Shown here: in pieces, positions 30,627-42,106 of the stretch
Layout of the letters: every line of letters begins with the position of its first letter
How positions within the stretch are numbered: position 1 is the stretch's first letter
Assembly: GCA_963816145.1 (NCBI GenBank)
Contig: CAWFJP010000023.1
Span: 1 to 64,000, forward strand
Reading direction: 5' to 3'
Length of the DNA stretch: 64,000 bases
From: an uncultured delta proteobacterium
Lineage (GTDB): Bacteria; Desulfobacterota; Binatia; UBA9968
Position numbers and translations under genes: made by a program
Notes under the pieces: generated by a model
What the model saw: only the letters and a program-made list of their open reading frames with translations
Databases searched by the model: none
Told to the model about the DNA's origin: nothing

Positions 30627-31106
30627 TTACGACTTGGGCGGTGCTTCCTGCTCGTTGAACGAGTTCACCGTCCAGCGTCCGTCTTCGTTAGAGAGGCCCA
30701 GGGTAGCGACCACGCTGCCAACATCCGATGTGCGGGCGGTGACCCGGTAAGTAAACGTCGCCGAGTTCGCAGTCGGGTTAGTGTTCCCGGTGAGATCATA
30801 GTTGACCCGGGGCTCGGCCGCGCTTGAGTCCGGCGCCACGCCTTTGATCGCCTGCAACTGACTCTCCAGTTTCGTCTTCGCCGCGCCACTGCATAGTTTC
30901 ACCGCCTCGGCCATATTGGGGCGCGAGTAGTACAGCTCCATGAAGCGGTCGGCGACCTCCTGCGGTTTGGATTCCTTGGTACAACTGGTCGCCGCCAGCA
31001 TGACTACGGCAAAAATCAACAAAGACCCGCGGAAGAGACGCGTGCCGCGACCATTTATGCGTGCGCTCAACGGTTGTTGGTGAGTTGTGGTTTTCTCGTC
31101 GTTCAT
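30627..31106 (-). CDS. Hypothetical lipoprotein
   Basis: AGGA RBS, hydrophobic stretch ending LAATSC. Confidence 0.7.
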   Translation of the reverse strand: MNDEKTTTHQQPLSARINGRGTRLFRGSLLIFAVVMLAATSCTKESKPQEVADRFMELYYSRPNMAEAVKLCSGAAKTKLESQLQAIKGVAPDSSAAEPRVNYDLTGNTNPTANSATFTYRVTARTSDVGSVVATLGLSNEDGRWTVNSFNEQEAPPKS

Positions 31107-31300
31107 ATCCTTTCCTGTCCTTTCCTCTCTGTTGCTGTGGGGGTTAGAGTCGAGCGGGCGCGACCTGGCACTGCACAAGCACAAGCCCGCATACAAAATT
31201 CGAAAAGAGACGAGGGTCGAGGGTCGGGTGTCGAGGGGGTACCTCACTCGACACTGCCTTTCCCTCGTCACTCATCACTCGACACTCGTGCACCCCTCGT

Positions 31301-31465
31301 CCCCTTCTCACAGGAGATAACCGAGGAAACAGAGGCTAATTTAAAAATCATCTCCGTTCTCTCCGTTGCCTCCTGTGCGAATTCAAATCTGAAACCTGAC
31401 ACCCGAATTCCAACCTTCTCGATCAATGCTTACCGATCACCCATCTTCTACCCTCGACACTCGAC
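31301..31465 (+). repeat. About 160-bp direct repeat, copy 2
   Basis: Matches 30343-30504. Confidence 0.85.
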
Positions 31466-31506
31466 GTTCGCCCGGCGCAGTTCGCGGGGCGGCAACGCGA
31501 ATTGGT

Positions 31507-33175
31507 TCAGGATTTTTGCCGATCGTTGGCCGGCGCCTGATACCATTGGTCCTTGGGTACCACCTTGGGCACTTCCGGGTCGCCCTCGTAGGCCGGCGTC
31601 ATGATCTGCACGCCGTGCTCGTTGAAGACATCGAGGATATTTTGGTGCATCGCGGTATAGAGCCGCGCCATGGCGTGAGGATCATCGCAGTAGGCATTCA
31701 GTTCGTAGGTCACGGCGAAGTCGCCGAGCGACTTCTGCAGCACGAATGGCGCGGGCTCCTTGAGCAGCCCCGGAGTGCGTTGCGCGGCGAGCAACAGCAT
31801 GGCCTCGACCTGCCGCCAGGGGGTTTCGTAACCGATCCCGACGGTGGTGTGCAGGATCAAGCCGCGGCTGCGGGCGAGCGTGCTGTAGTTCATGATGTTG
31901 CTGTTGATGATTGTCGAATTTGGCACGACGACCTCTTCGTTTTTGACCGTGCGCAGGTGCGTCACCATGAGCCGCCTTTCCGTCACATCGCCGATGACAT
32001 TGTCGACACTGATACGGTCGCCGACCTTGAAGGCGCGCCGGTAGATCATGGTATAGCCGGCCATCATGTTGCCGATGACCGACGAGGAGCCCAGCGAAAC
32101 CATCAAGCCAAGAAAGATCGACACCCCCTTGAACGCTTCCGAACTCGATCCGGGAATATAGGGATACGCGATCACCGCCGCGAAGGCGATGATGACCAGC
32201 CGCGCGATCCGATATGTCGGCAGCGCCCACTCACGGTCGAAGCGCGCAAGCGTGACGGTGCCGCGATCGACGCTGTCGAAATACAGCCGCGTCAGGCGTA
32301 GGACATAGCGCGTCACGATTACAACCACGGCGACAAACGCGATTCCGGGTAGACTGTCGATCAATCCCAGGCCCATGGTCTGTAAAGGGCTCGAGCAGGA
32401 TCGCCAGCAGTCGCAGCGCCAGCGGCCGCGTCCACGGATACAGGAAAAGCACAAAGTGGAGGTAGAGATAGCCGAGCGCCAACAGGGACGACAGATAAAG
32501 CCCTCTGAGAATGGCGAACAGCGCGCTACTCAATTGCCGCGCCTGCACCAGTTGGTGCGACTGCGCTTCGAAAGCATGGATGCGGTCTTTGAAGCGCCGC
32601 TCGGCGATGGCGTCGAGCTTGCGGAATATGCGGCGAACAGCCAGCAGCGCAATCGCCAGCAGCACCGTCGCGCCGAGCGCGTACGCCGTATTGATCAGCA
32701 GCACCCGCGGGCTGCGGTCATTGCGGTAAGATGCGATCGCCGCCGTGATTTTCATCAGCGCCCCTTCGGCCAATAACTGTCGGGAGATACCTTCCGCCGC
32801 GGCATCGGCATCGAAAAAGGCCAACACCAGACCGTCGCCGGCCATAATTCTGGTCCTGTCTTCTATCTCGGACACGCGCAGCGACCCGGCGGTCACAGAC
32901 TCATCGGCCGCGATCGTTTGAATGCGCTTGCTAATCGCCTTGGCGCGATCTCCGGCCGGGTACGCCAGGATGCCGCGCACCTGAAATAGCACCTCCCCAT
33001 CGAGCGTGACGGGCGCGCGCTCATACTCCGCTGCATCGGTCCCGGAGGGTTCCGTCGCCGAGCCATTGCTCCGTGTTGTAGCGGTTGCCGCCCGCGCATC
33101 TTGGGCGACCGGCATCGCGAGCGTTGCCAGAATCGCGCCTATGATCAGAACCATCATCGAAATAGATCTGTGCAT
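31507..33175 (-). CDS. MscS family mechanosensitive channel with periplasmic N-terminal domain; homopolymer frameshift near 32385
   Basis: YPYIPGSSSEAFKGVS, RAFKVGDRI, VVPNS, VGIGYETPWRQV, GVQIMTPAY. Confidence 0.85.
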
Positions 33176-33485
33176 GAAAAACTCTCCTGCCAAGTAATTA
33201 AGCGGGCGGGTGAGCAGCGGCAACGCGCTCACTTGCCGCATCCATCTCCGGTAAGTATCTGACGCCTGGCGATTTGTCGAACGGAGATATCCGCTGCCAA
33301 TGTTTTTTCATCTTTATATTCTCTCTTGCCCCTCGCTACCCGACCGAGTTTATTACGTTCAGTGCGCATGTGGTGTGACTAGACGAATTCCCCTACTTGT
33401 CGAAGGAAGAGCACACTTCGGCACCCGTTCGCGCCTTGCTAGCAAACTTTGCTCCGGTTAGGCTTCGACCATGCTTGAAGATCCA

Positions 33486-33797
33486 ATGGTACTATCTCCC
33501 GAAGATCTGCGCGCGCGGCTGCGTCCGTTCTGTGAGAAGCACCACATCCAGCGGTTGGAGGTTTTTGGGTCTGGCGCACGCGGGGCAATAACGCCGAGCA
33601 GTGATATAGATTTGCTGGTGACGCTCGATCAGTCCGCGCCGGTCTCGACTGCTGAGCTGCTGGAAATCGCCGGCGAGGCGGAAGAAGTGGTGGGTCGCCC
33701 AGTTGATTTTGTCTTGCGTACGTCCCTGGAAAAATCGCCAAACCGCTATGCTCGCGAGCACATCCTGGCCACCGCCTTGTGCTTGTATGGAAACTGA
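33486..33797 (+). CDS. mntA: MNT (minimal nucleotidyltransferase) antitoxin
   Basis: VFGSGARG...SDIDLLV, GRPVDFV. Confidence 0.85.
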   Translation: MVLSPEDLRARLRPFCEKHHIQRLEVFGSGARGAITPSSDIDLLVTLDQSAPVSTAELLEIAGEAEEVVGRPVDFVLRTSLEKSPNRYAREHILATALCLYGN

Positions 33798-34128
33798 CCA
33801 ACTCGGCCGCCTTCGTGACATTCTGGAGGCGCCTCGGCTCATTGCCCTGTACGTCAACGACACAACGGAATCCGCTTTCCGTTCGGATTTACAAAAACAA
33901 GACGCCGTGATTCGGCGCATCGAAATCATCGGCGAGGCCGCAGCGCATTTGACTGAGGCTACGCGATAGCTCATCCCTCAACTCCCTTTGCGAAAAATGC
34001 GCGGCATGCGCAACCTCGTGGCGCATGATTACGCAAACGTGAATCTGCAGATTGTCTGGGAGGTCACTACGATGCACGTCCCGGAAATTTATGCCATCCT
34101 AGAAAGGTTCCTCGCCCAGCAAGAATAA
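33787..34128 (+). pseudogene. hepT: HEPN/DUF86 RNase toxin with in-frame TAG at 33967-33969
   Basis: QDAVIRRIEIIGEAA..TEATR*LIPQLPLRKMRGMRNLVAHDY..IVWE; the frame is intact past the stop. Confidence 0.85.
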
Positions 34129-34390
34129 TCGGGCAAGCGACCGCAGGCCAACCGGCAGGCGGCGCAAGACCTTCAAGATAAAGTTAACAACGCGTCACTT
34201 CCTCCCAAGAGTAAACAGAGCAAAGCGAGAGGCGCCGGACGAGTATCGAGAAAAAGATCAGTCGTGTTTTTCGCACAGTAGCTGACCGAGAAAACCGAGT
34301 TTAATGCAAAATTCATCTTCGTTCTCTCCGTTGCCTCCTGTTGGTTTTCCTACCTCTCGTCACTCGTCCCGCGACACTCTCATTCTCTCG

Positions 34391-35387
34391 TCACTTGTCG
34401 AATGCGAAGATGCGCTTCCAGTCGTCCTTCATGCTGATCATATTCCAGCCGTTCTTCTTCGCCTGCGCCATCAGCGCATCGGTGAACGTGCCAACTTTGG
34501 ACTTCGGCCCGTACGCGTACTCGCGCTTGTCGTCGTCGTGGTGCACCAGCATCATCAGCCGCGCCCCGTCGCCCGCCTGGGTGTATTCGAGCATTTGCTT
34601 GTCGCCGACGGAGTTGCCGAAGGCCGCGACAGGTCGCCGGCCGATCATCAGATGTATCCCCTCCGGCTTGCCGGCGCTGTCGTCGTTCAATAGCAGCTTG
34701 GGCACTTTGACGAGGTTCGGCTTGCCGCTCTTGTCGTAAACAAAATTGGTTGCGCCGGCGCTGCCGACCACCTGCTCGGGCGGGATTCCGTAGACTTGTT
34801 CTGAATACACGCGCACGAAATCCTGGCCGCCGCCGGTGACGAAATAGGTTTTGTAACCATTGGCGCGAAACAGCTTCAGCACTTCCTGCATCGGCTGATA
34901 GGTAAGGTCGGTAAACAGCCGGTCGAAACGCGGATGCTTGGCGCTGGCAAGCCACTTTTTCGCCTCGGCGTTGAACTCATCCACCGTCATGCCGGTAAGG
35001 GTAGCGGCGAGAATCATTTCTAACTGCGGCATCGTGAACTTGGCCATCGCCTCACGATTGCCCGACAGCACTGTCTTGAACGGCTCGACGATTTTCAAAT
35101 CCGGCTTCGCCTTGACCACCGCCGGAACGCGATCCAAACAGTAGATCAATTGCGTGTACATCGGCTGCTCGACCCAGGTCGTGCCGTCCTGATCGAAGGT
35201 CGCGATGCGCGCCTCCGGCGCGACGAACTTCGCGACTGCTCTTTTCCGTGGTCGCCTTGACGAACTCGACGATCGCCTTTTTCGCCGCGCCGTCGTTCCA
35301 CGACGGCAGCGGGTCGCTCTGAGCGAAAGCTTGCGCGGCCGCCAGCAAAAAGATGAATGCTGCGAGCGGAGTTCTGTTTGGCATCAT
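34391..35387 (-). CDS. Exported HAD-family acid phosphatase; frameshift near 35233
   Basis: Signal peptide, DPLPSWNDG, IATFDQDGT (DxD), AFGNSVGDKQML. Confidence 0.85.
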
Positions 35388-35612
35388 AGGTCTCACGGGA
35401 AGTCTCCTTCTTATCATTTGTTGTACCCGATGTAACCGCGGACAGCGGAGGTCGAGGCCACGATCACTCGTGCCATCCGCACAGGAGCTAATAGAGAGAA
35501 CAGAGAAAACAGAGGTTAAGCTGACTTTAGTCTTCGTCTCTGTTCTCTCCATTGTCTCCGGTAAAAACTCAACGCAAGATAAGATGCAACGGCGCAGAGG
35601 GTTTACAATCAA

Positions 35613-35636
35613 CGGGCGGCCCATTTGGGCCGCCCG
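35613..35636 (-). terminator. GC-rich hairpin downstream of the sulfatase
   Basis: cgggcggccc-attt-gggccgcccg, perfect stem. Confidence 0.45.
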
Positions 35637-35673
35637 CTCAGGCGCAATTCACAATCTGCAATCCGCTTCCGGC

Positions 35674-37380
35674 CTATGAACTCGGGTGGCCGGCCGCCTG
35701 CATTTGCTTAAGAATCCCGTCCAGGTTGTAGGTTTCCGGCGCCTGCATCGGCGGGAAATCCTTGTACGAAAAAAGCTCCTTCTCCCAGAGCAACTGCCCG
35801 AGCGGCAGCATGTTCCAGTTGTAAATATAAGCGTTGCCGGCGGAACCAATTGATCCGCCGTAGCCAATGATTGACTTCGCATCGGCACCGACCGTCTGCT
35901 CGAAGGGATCACGCTTGATGTTGGTGAGCTGGGTCCAGTGGTAGGTAACCGCGCCAAACAGCCCGCCGACCGCGGTGTCGGGCACCATCGTGTAGTACAT
36001 TTTCCAGTTCTTGTAGCGCACCGCCGACGGTTGCGATCCCGTATAGTAGAAGAAAACTTCACGCGCCGACTTCTCGGACTTGCCTTCGAGGTAGTCAGTC
36101 TGGTCGACGCCGTCGAGCTTGGTCTTGCGGATCCCAGGATACTTGCCGGCCATGATCTGCTCGTTAAGCGCAGTGCCTTTCGGTCCGCCGGCGATGTTGA
36201 CCAGCGTCGGCAACCAGTCCAATGCGGCGAACAATCCGTTCTTGACCGTGCCCGGCTTGATGTGGCCGGGCCAGCGGACCACCAGCGGAGCCTTCATGCC
36301 GCCTTCCCACGTGGTCAGCTTGCCGCCCTTGAAGGGGGTGGTGCCGCCGTCCGGGAAAGTTATATTCTCGGCGCCATTGTCAGTCGTGAAGACAAGAATG
36401 GTGTTGTCGAGTTCACCCATATCCTCGAGCTTTTTGATCACATAGCCGATGTTGTCATCCAACTGCTTCATGCCGGCTTCGTTAAGGCCCCAGTCCTTGC
36501 CGCCTGGTTCGCCGACCATGGCCTCGTATTTCGGCGGGAGTACAGTTGTGATATGCATGCGCGCCGGGTTGTACCAGACGAAGAAAGGCTTGTTGGTCTT
36601 CTTCGGGTCGTTGCGGTCGAGATAATCGATGACCTTGGACGAGATTTCTTCGTCCACTGTCTTCGACCGCTCCAGCGTTAACGGACCCTGGTCTTGGCAT
36701 GTCTGATTCGCCTGGGTGCCATCACTGGACCTGCACCAAATGACCGGGCGCGGCGGGGTCAGGCAGGTCGAGGTCCGCGGATCCAAGCCACCGGGGACCT
36801 CCGGCAAGCCAGGGACCGGTGAGTTCCGGCACGGCGGCGCGATCCCTTGGACAAGTGGGGTTTTGTTTAAGTCGACGAAGCTCACGCCTTGCATGGCGTC
36901 GAGGTGGTACAGGTAACCCCAGTATTCCTGGAAGCCGTGCGCGGTCGGCAGGGACTCGGCGTGATCGCCCAAGTGATTCTTGCCGAACTCGCCGGTGTTG
37001 TAACCAAGGTCGAGCAGGAACTTGGCCACCGCCGGCGTGCCGGCGCGCAGCCACGACGGGCTGCCGGGCAGCTGCGGCGGAATCATGCCGGTGCGCAGCG
37101 GCGTCATGCCGGTAAAGAAGGCATTGCGCCCTGCCGTGCAGCTCTGCTCTGTCAGATAGTCCATGAAGATCGCGCCCTCTTGACCGATGCGGTCGATGTT
37201 GGGCGTTTCGCCGACCATTAAACCACGGTGATAGATGCTCGGCTGCATCCAGCCGATGTCATCGCCCATGATGAACATGATATTCGGTTTCTTCTGCTGC
37301 GCCGCCGCTGGTCCTGCTATTAGGCCCAGCAATGCCAGCAATATGAATGTTGTCATTGAAAACTTTTTCCCGTATCTCAT
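35674..37380 (-). CDS. Exported arylsulfatase (Cys-type, CTAGR)
   Basis: KPNIMFIMGDDIG, QSCTAGRNAFFTG, FGKNHLGD, TTDNGA, WEGGMKAP. Confidence 0.93.
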   Translation of the reverse strand: MRYGKKFSMTTFILLALLGLIAGPAAAQQKKPNIMFIMGDDIGWMQPSIYHRGLMVGETPNIDRIGQEGAIFMDYLTEQSCTAGRNAFFTGMTPLRTGMIPPQLPGSPSWLRAGTPAVAKFLLDLGYNTGEFGKNHLGDHAESLPTAHGFQEYWGYLYHLDAMQGVSFVDLNKTPLVQGIAPPCRNSPVPGLPEVPGGLDPRTSTCLTPPRPVIWCRSSDGTQANQTCQDQGPLTLERSKTVDEEISSKVIDYLDRNDPKKTNKPFFVWYNPARMHITTVLPPKYEAMVGEPGGKDWGLNEAGMKQLDDNIGYVIKKLEDMGELDNTILVFTTDNGAENITFPDGGTTPFKGGKLTTWEGGMKAPLVVRWPGHIKPGTVKNGLFAALDWLPTLVNIAGGPKGTALNEQIMAGKYPGIRKTKLDGVDQTDYLEGKSEKSAREVFFYYTGSQPSAVRYKNWKMYYTMVPDTAVGGLFGAVTYHWTQLTNIKRDPFEQTVGADAKSIIGYGGSIGSAGNAYIYNWNMLPLGQLLWEKELFSYKDFPPMQAPETYNLDGILKQMQAAGHPSS

Positions 37381-37435
37381 AAAATCTCTCCTCTTCTCCA
37401 TATTTATACGTCAGTGATTGCCGTTCTTGAGCCGT

Positions 37436-37756
37436 CTACACGCCGCAGGCGAACTTGATCTCGGCGATTCGTTCGTCGATCCGTTTGTTATATTCACCGG
37501 TCGCAACCCTAAGCTTTGTCCCTGTAGTCCCGGTAACCAGGCCAAGGACGATCCCAGCTGGAACAAGCGATGTAACCCCGGCGACAACTTGCCTTGCCAC
37601 ATGGGCTTTTTCCGATTCCAGGACACGTATATCTCCTTCGGCGACGTCACAGTTGATTGGCTGCTTGAGCGACTTTTCAACGCTCCTTTCCTGGAACGCG
37701 CACCCCGTCAGCGTCATCGCGGCAAAAATAATTACGACTTGCTTCTTCATGGTCAC
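37436..37756 (-). CDS. Small lipoprotein
   Basis: Lipobox LTGC, PINC..AEGDIRVLESEK; RBS AAGGGG. Confidence 0.8.
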   Translation of the reverse strand: MTMKKQVVIIFAAMTLTGCAFQERSVEKSLKQPINCDVAEGDIRVLESEKAHVARQVVAGVTSLVPAGIVLGLVTGTTGTKLRVATGEYNKRIDERIAEIKFACGV

Positions 37757-37932
37757 ATCCCCCTTTTAGGCTTCTCCTTTTACCTGCGTAATACCTATAA
37801 ACTTCATTTGATTTCAGAATTGTTACAGGTTCGAGCAAATGCGTTTATAGCGATAATTCATTCGCGAATTTCTCCAGGCTGTAGATGCGATGTCGGGGGA
37901 GCTGGCAGGCGGCAGAAAACCCGATGGCCGAC

Positions 37933-38259
37933 TTACCGATTCCACTGTTCCAATTTTATTGTGGAATCGCCTGACTCGACGACCTTCGCTTCGCAAATTC
38001 GGATATCGTCCAACTTCCCAAGCACCTTGACGGCGCCAATCAACGCGCGAAATCCTTCCGATGATAAATAAGCGTGCATCGCTGTCGCTTCGGACCATTG
38101 CTCCAGGAGCAATAAATGGGTTGGCGCCATGGCGTCTTCATATGCCCGCCTTTCCAAACAACCCGCCGGCAAATTATCGGACAACCACATTTTGCACGTC
38201 TGCATCAACTCCCGTCGTAGCTCGGGTTCAACTTCCGCTCTGATCGATATGCCAATCAC
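37933..38259 (-). CDS. Antibiotic-biosynthesis-monooxygenase (ABM)-like protein
   Basis: GCLERRAYED..LLLEQWS...HAYLSSEGFRALIGA. Confidence 0.65.
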   Translation of the reverse strand: MIGISIRAEVEPELRRELMQTCKMWLSDNLPAGCLERRAYEDAMAPTHLLLLEQWSEATAMHAYLSSEGFRALIGAVKVLGKLDDIRICEAKVVESGDSTIKLEQWNR

Positions 38260-38316
38260 AGGTTAGGCTTCCGCTGGAAAAGCATCTCTGGTCGCTTCCA
38301 GCGAGAACTGCTGTGA

Positions 38317-38331
38317 GCAGTTATCAGGCCA
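38317..38331 (-). promoter_or_regulatory. sigma54 (-24/-12) promoter TGGCCTGATAACTGC
   Basis: GG-N10-GC spacing, about 58 bp upstream of the ABM gene and directly downstream of the EBP gene. Confidence 0.65.
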
Positions 38332-38442
38332 AATCTCCAACGAGTGGATCACAGCAGTCAGAAGGTTAGTATTATCAATGAGCTACGAAACTTCGTTACG
38401 ACTATGTTAAGCGCACAAAGCTTTAGCGGCTCGCCACTGAGA

Positions 38443-38476
38443 TCTCAGGATATGGCGAAGTCTCAAAATGTTGAGA
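38443..38476. promoter_or_regulatory. Candidate upstream activator sites (TCTCAggatatGGCGA; TCTCAaaatgtTGAGA), with an IHF-like TATCAATGAGCTA at about 38372
   Basis: Dyad symmetry about 110-145 bp upstream of the sigma54 site. Confidence 0.4.
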
Positions 38477-38642
38477 CCGGCGGCAGGCAGTTCAAGTCGT
38501 CAAAAACAATTGATCTAACAAGGCAATGGATGACAGAGGCATTCAGGAATGATCGATCCGAGGAGGAACTGACTCTTAAGGTAGGAGAGTTCTGGAAGCG
38601 GGAGTTTGAAGTAGAGTATCAGTGTTTTTCGTTAGGGCAAAT

Positions 38643-41600
38643 TTATTTCTGGGTTTGCCCTGGTGTATAGCCCGAGATTTTGGTCAATCCCAGTTTTTTC
38701 ATGCGGAACCTGAGCGTCGATGGATGAAGTTTTAGCATCGCCGCCGAACCGTTAGGCCCATTGATACGCCACCCGGTCGCCTCAAGCGCCCGCAGAATGT
38801 GGTCCCGCTCTGCTTCGTTCAACGACGATACGCTGGTCGATTCGTAGGAATGCTTAACCTCGCTGAGAGCTGTATTCGTTGCTTGAAGTAGCGGTTCAGG
38901 CAAGCGCAAAACGCCATCCGATGAGACGATCACCGCCCGCTCGATCACGTTTTGCAGTTCGCGGATGTTACCCGGCCAGTTATACTCCGTGAATGCGCGC
39001 ATCACTTGCGCCGGCACTTCGCTGATAGTCTTGCCCAAACGTTCCCCGAGCTGTCGCGCATAATGGCTTACCAGCAATGGAATGTCTTCCCGTCGTTGCG
39101 ACAGCGGGGGAATGGTAATCGGATAGACATTGAGCCGATAATAAAGATCCTGGCGGAACCGGCCCGCCGAGACCTCGTCATGCAATTTGCGGTTGGTTGC
39201 CGCAATGACTCGGACCTTGACCTTGATCGTGCTCGAACCACCGACCCGCTCAAACTCGCCTTCCTGCAGCACGCGCAAAAGTTTCGCTTGCGTCCCGGCG
39301 GGCAGCTCCCCGACTTCATCGAGCAGGATCGTGCCACCGTCGGCGAGCTCGAATCGGCCTTTGCGTTGGCGCTCCGCGCCTGTAAAGGCGCCTTTTTCAT
39401 GGCCAAACAGTTCGCTCTCGACGAGAGCCTCAGGCAGCGTTGCGCAGTTCACCTTTATGTATGGCCGGTCGAATCGGGAACTTCTGTCGTGGATCGCGCG
39501 CGCAATGAGTTCCTTGCCCACGCCAGTCTCGCCCTGCAACAGCACGGTGGCGTCGGTCTTAGCCACTTGCTCCACCCGCGTGAGCACATATTTCAAGGCG
39601 TCGCTCTTGCCGACGATTTCTTCGAAGCCCTTTACCTCGGAAATCTCCTCCTTTAGATAGAGGTTTTCCTCCTCGAGACGCTCTTTAAGGCCGCGGATCT
39701 CGTCGAAAGCCGCGTTGAGATCATGCTCCGCCTGCTTGCGCGCGGTGACATCGCTGATCGAAGCCAAAACGAACAGTCCTCGCGGCGTGCGCAGCGGACT
39801 AAGGCCGATTTCGAGCGGGACTTCACTGCCGTCTTTGCGGCGGCCGAAAATTTCACCATTGGCGCCCATCGGGCGCAATTGTGGATCGGCAACGTAATTT
39901 TGCCGATCTCGCAAATGATTGACGCGGAACCGCTCGGGAATCAGCATTTCGATGGGTTGGCCGATCAGCTGGCCGCGCGAGTAACCGAAAAGCGCCTCCG
40001 CGGCCGCGTTGACCGAACTGATAATGCCCGCGCGATCCACCAGGATCATGCCATTGGGCGCCGCCTCGAGAATTTGCCGCGAGCGCTCTTCGGCCTGCTT
40101 GCGCTCGGTAATGTCCAATACCACGCCCATCCGGCGCCCTGCAGCGCCGCTGGATTCATTACTGGCGCGACCGCGCGTCAGCACCCATCGCTCGCTGCCG
40201 TCGGGACCGACCACGCGAAATTCCCCTTCATAGGAGCTGCCGGCCTGTTGCATGCGTGCAACCTCGGCGGCGACACGGGCTCGATCATCAGGATGAACCG
40301 CGCCGAGCAGATCTTCGAATCGGAGCGCATCGTTCGCTGCTAAGCCGAACCATGTCCGCAAGCGCGGATTGGCCCACACTTCACCGCGTGCTAAATCGCG
40401 CACCCACAGGCCGAGCTCGCCGGCTTCGGTGGAGAGTTCCAAGAATTCCTGGCTCTCCCGAAGTTGAGTCTCCGCGCGACGGCGCCGCCTGCGTTGCAAA
40501 AGCAAACCAGAGATCATTGCCGCTTGAACCAGAATGGTGGCGAGTACGGCGATGATGTACCAATGGTATTGCTCCCAGATTGAAGGCGAACGAAATCGAA
40601 TAACTCTGCCTTGGGGTAATCGTGATTCGTCGATGCCCCAGCGCTTCAACTCGCGCCAGTCGTACTCTGGTGCCGCTGGTTTCAAGAATACGGGCTTGAT
40701 ACTACTTGCGGATGTCCCGTTAAGAATCCGGAGCGCTATTTGGGCCGACTGCCGGCTCACTTCCTGGTACGGAGACAACGGGCCGCCAACGATGCCCCCG
40801 CCGAGTTGATGATCAAAGATTCCGAAGATCGGGGCGTTACTATGTTGTCGAAGCACATCGAGAGCTCTTTCCTGTTCGTAGGGCACACCGGCCGCGTCAA
40901 CAACCAGTAGAAAATACACGATTGCTGAGTCAGGCGGGAGCCTGGACAAGCGCCGGTCTAGCTCCTCGAATGAGAGCTCATTGAGCCAATTGAATTGGAC
41001 GCGTTTGGTTAAGTGCTGCGTATCCCGGCGGAATTCCGCCTGCCAGTATTTTTCGAAGGGCGAGTTGCCGGTTACGACTTCAATGTTCCTGGTTTTAGGC
41101 AAAATCCGCAAAATGTGTTCGACGATCCCCGCCAGATCCAGACTGATCCCGAACGCCGTAGCATTGCTGCGGTTTAGCTCGCCTACACGCCGATTGTCGG
41201 CGGCCACCACTAGCATGGGAACCTTCGGCAACAGAATGTCGCCGTGTCGCTGCAAGAAAAACATCGCCGGAGCGCCGATCGGCACAATCAGGTCCGGGGG
41301 TCGTTTAGTGAACAGGGCGCGCAAGTAGTTGACCAAGGGAGTTTCCGAACCGGCTTCGGCAAACATCGTGGATTCCAAGGAAGCCTCGAGAAAATCGATA
41401 GGGGCCGCCGATTGCCGGGCCAGTTCCGCGCGAAACGTCGTCGATACAGCTGTGAACGGCGCAAAATTCCGACCAAACGAATGTAAGATTAATACCCGTC
41501 TGACTTGCGGCTTGTCGGTAGCTTTGCCCTCTTTGACCGCAGGAATGTTCTTCGCATCCTGCGCCCTCGCAGGCAAACCTAGAATTAGTAAACACACCGC

Positions 41601-41708
41601 GACTAGCAGCAACCGATGCGAAAAATGAAATAGGGGTGAGATTCTAGTTTTTTGCGGACGTGCCCGCCGCGCAGGCAGTCCCAAACTTGAGGTAGGGGCA
41701 AATTCCAT
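38643..41708 (-). CDS. Membrane-bound sigma54 enhancer-binding protein: periplasmic SBP-like sensor, TM, two PAS, AAA+, HTH (start uncertain)
   Basis: [55 protein letters not shown]. Confidence 0.9.
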   Translation of the reverse strand: MEFAPTSSLGLPARRARPQKTRISPLFHFSHRLLLVAVCLLILGLPARAQDAKNIPAVKEGKATDKPQVRRVLILHSFGRNFAPFTAVSTTFRAELARQSAAPIDFLEASLESTMFAEAGSETPLVNYLRALFTKRPPDLIVPIGAPAMFFLQRHGDILLPKVPMLVVAADNRRVGELNRSNATAFGISLDLAGIVEHILRILPKTRNIEVVTGNSPFEKYWQAEFRRDTQHLTKRVQFNWLNELSFEELDRRLSRLPPDSAIVYFLLVVDAAGVPYEQERALDVLRQHSNAPIFGIFDHQLGGGIVGGPLSPYQEVSRQSAQIALRILNGTSASSIKPVFLKPAAPEYDWRELKRWGIDESRLPQGRVIRFRSPSIWEQYHWYIIAVLATILVQAAMISGLLLQRRRRRRAETQLRESQEFLELSTEAGELGLWVRDLARGEVWANPRLRTWFGLAANDALRFEDLLGAVHPDDRARVAAEVARMQQAGSSYEGEFRVVGPDGSERWVLTRGRASNESSGAAGRRMGVVLDITERKQAEERSRQILEAAPNGMILVDRAGIISSVNAAAEALFGYSRGQLIGQPIEMLIPERFRVNHLRDRQNYVADPQLRPMGANGEIFGRRKDGSEVPLEIGLSPLRTPRGLFVLASISDVTARKQAEHDLNAAFDEIRGLKERLEEENLYLKEEISEVKGFEEIVGKSDALKYVLTRVEQVAKTDATVLLQGETGVGKELIARAIHDRSSRFDRPYIKVNCATLPEALVESELFGHEKGAFTGAERQRKGRFELADGGTILLDEVGELPAGTQAKLLRVLQEGEFERVGGSSTIKVKVRVIAATNRKLHDEVSAGRFRQDLYYRLNVYPITIPPLSQRREDIPLLVSHYARQLGERLGKTISEVPAQVMRAFTEYNWPGNIRELQNVIERAVIVSSDGVLRLPEPLLQATNTALSEVKHSYESTSVSSLNEAERDHILRALEATGWRINGPNGSAAMLKLHPSTLRFRMKKLGLTKISGYTPGQTQK

Positions 41709-41893
41709 TGCGAAACTCTTAGCCGGGTCGACGCCCGGCAATATACCGAGTGGTGCGCGCAACAATAACCGTTACCACGGCCGCGCTTCCCGATCGCCAG
41801 CTAGACTTGGCTGGCAGCACGATCGCGTTAGGGAACTAACCGTATCGAGTGCGATCAGGCTCACTAAATCTATCGAAGAGTTAGAAAAGGATA

Positions 41894-41913
41894 TATTGGA
41901 CCTTAGTCCAATA
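41894..41913. promoter_or_regulatory. Palindromic operator TATTGGACCTTAGTCCAATA (second site at 42086-42105)
   Basis: Recurrent palindrome upstream of the EBP gene. Confidence 0.7.
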
Positions 41914-42106
41914 GGCGGACGTGCCGCGATTATCTCTGTTACCTCCTGTTAAGAACCATCCCGTTGAGGATAGTGGGCCACCGTGCCGGCCCGAACCACA
42001 GTTGTTTGGTATGACGGATCAATTATGTTTTGGATCTCGGGGTCAAGACTCCATTATCTGTCCTTCGAAACGAGAACCCACAAGATATTGGACCTTGATC
42101 CAATGG

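Noticed and set aside
33967-33969. Pyrrolysine or recoded TAG
   Set aside because: TAG terminates ordinary genes in this window and there are no pyl genes; a nonsense mutation is simpler
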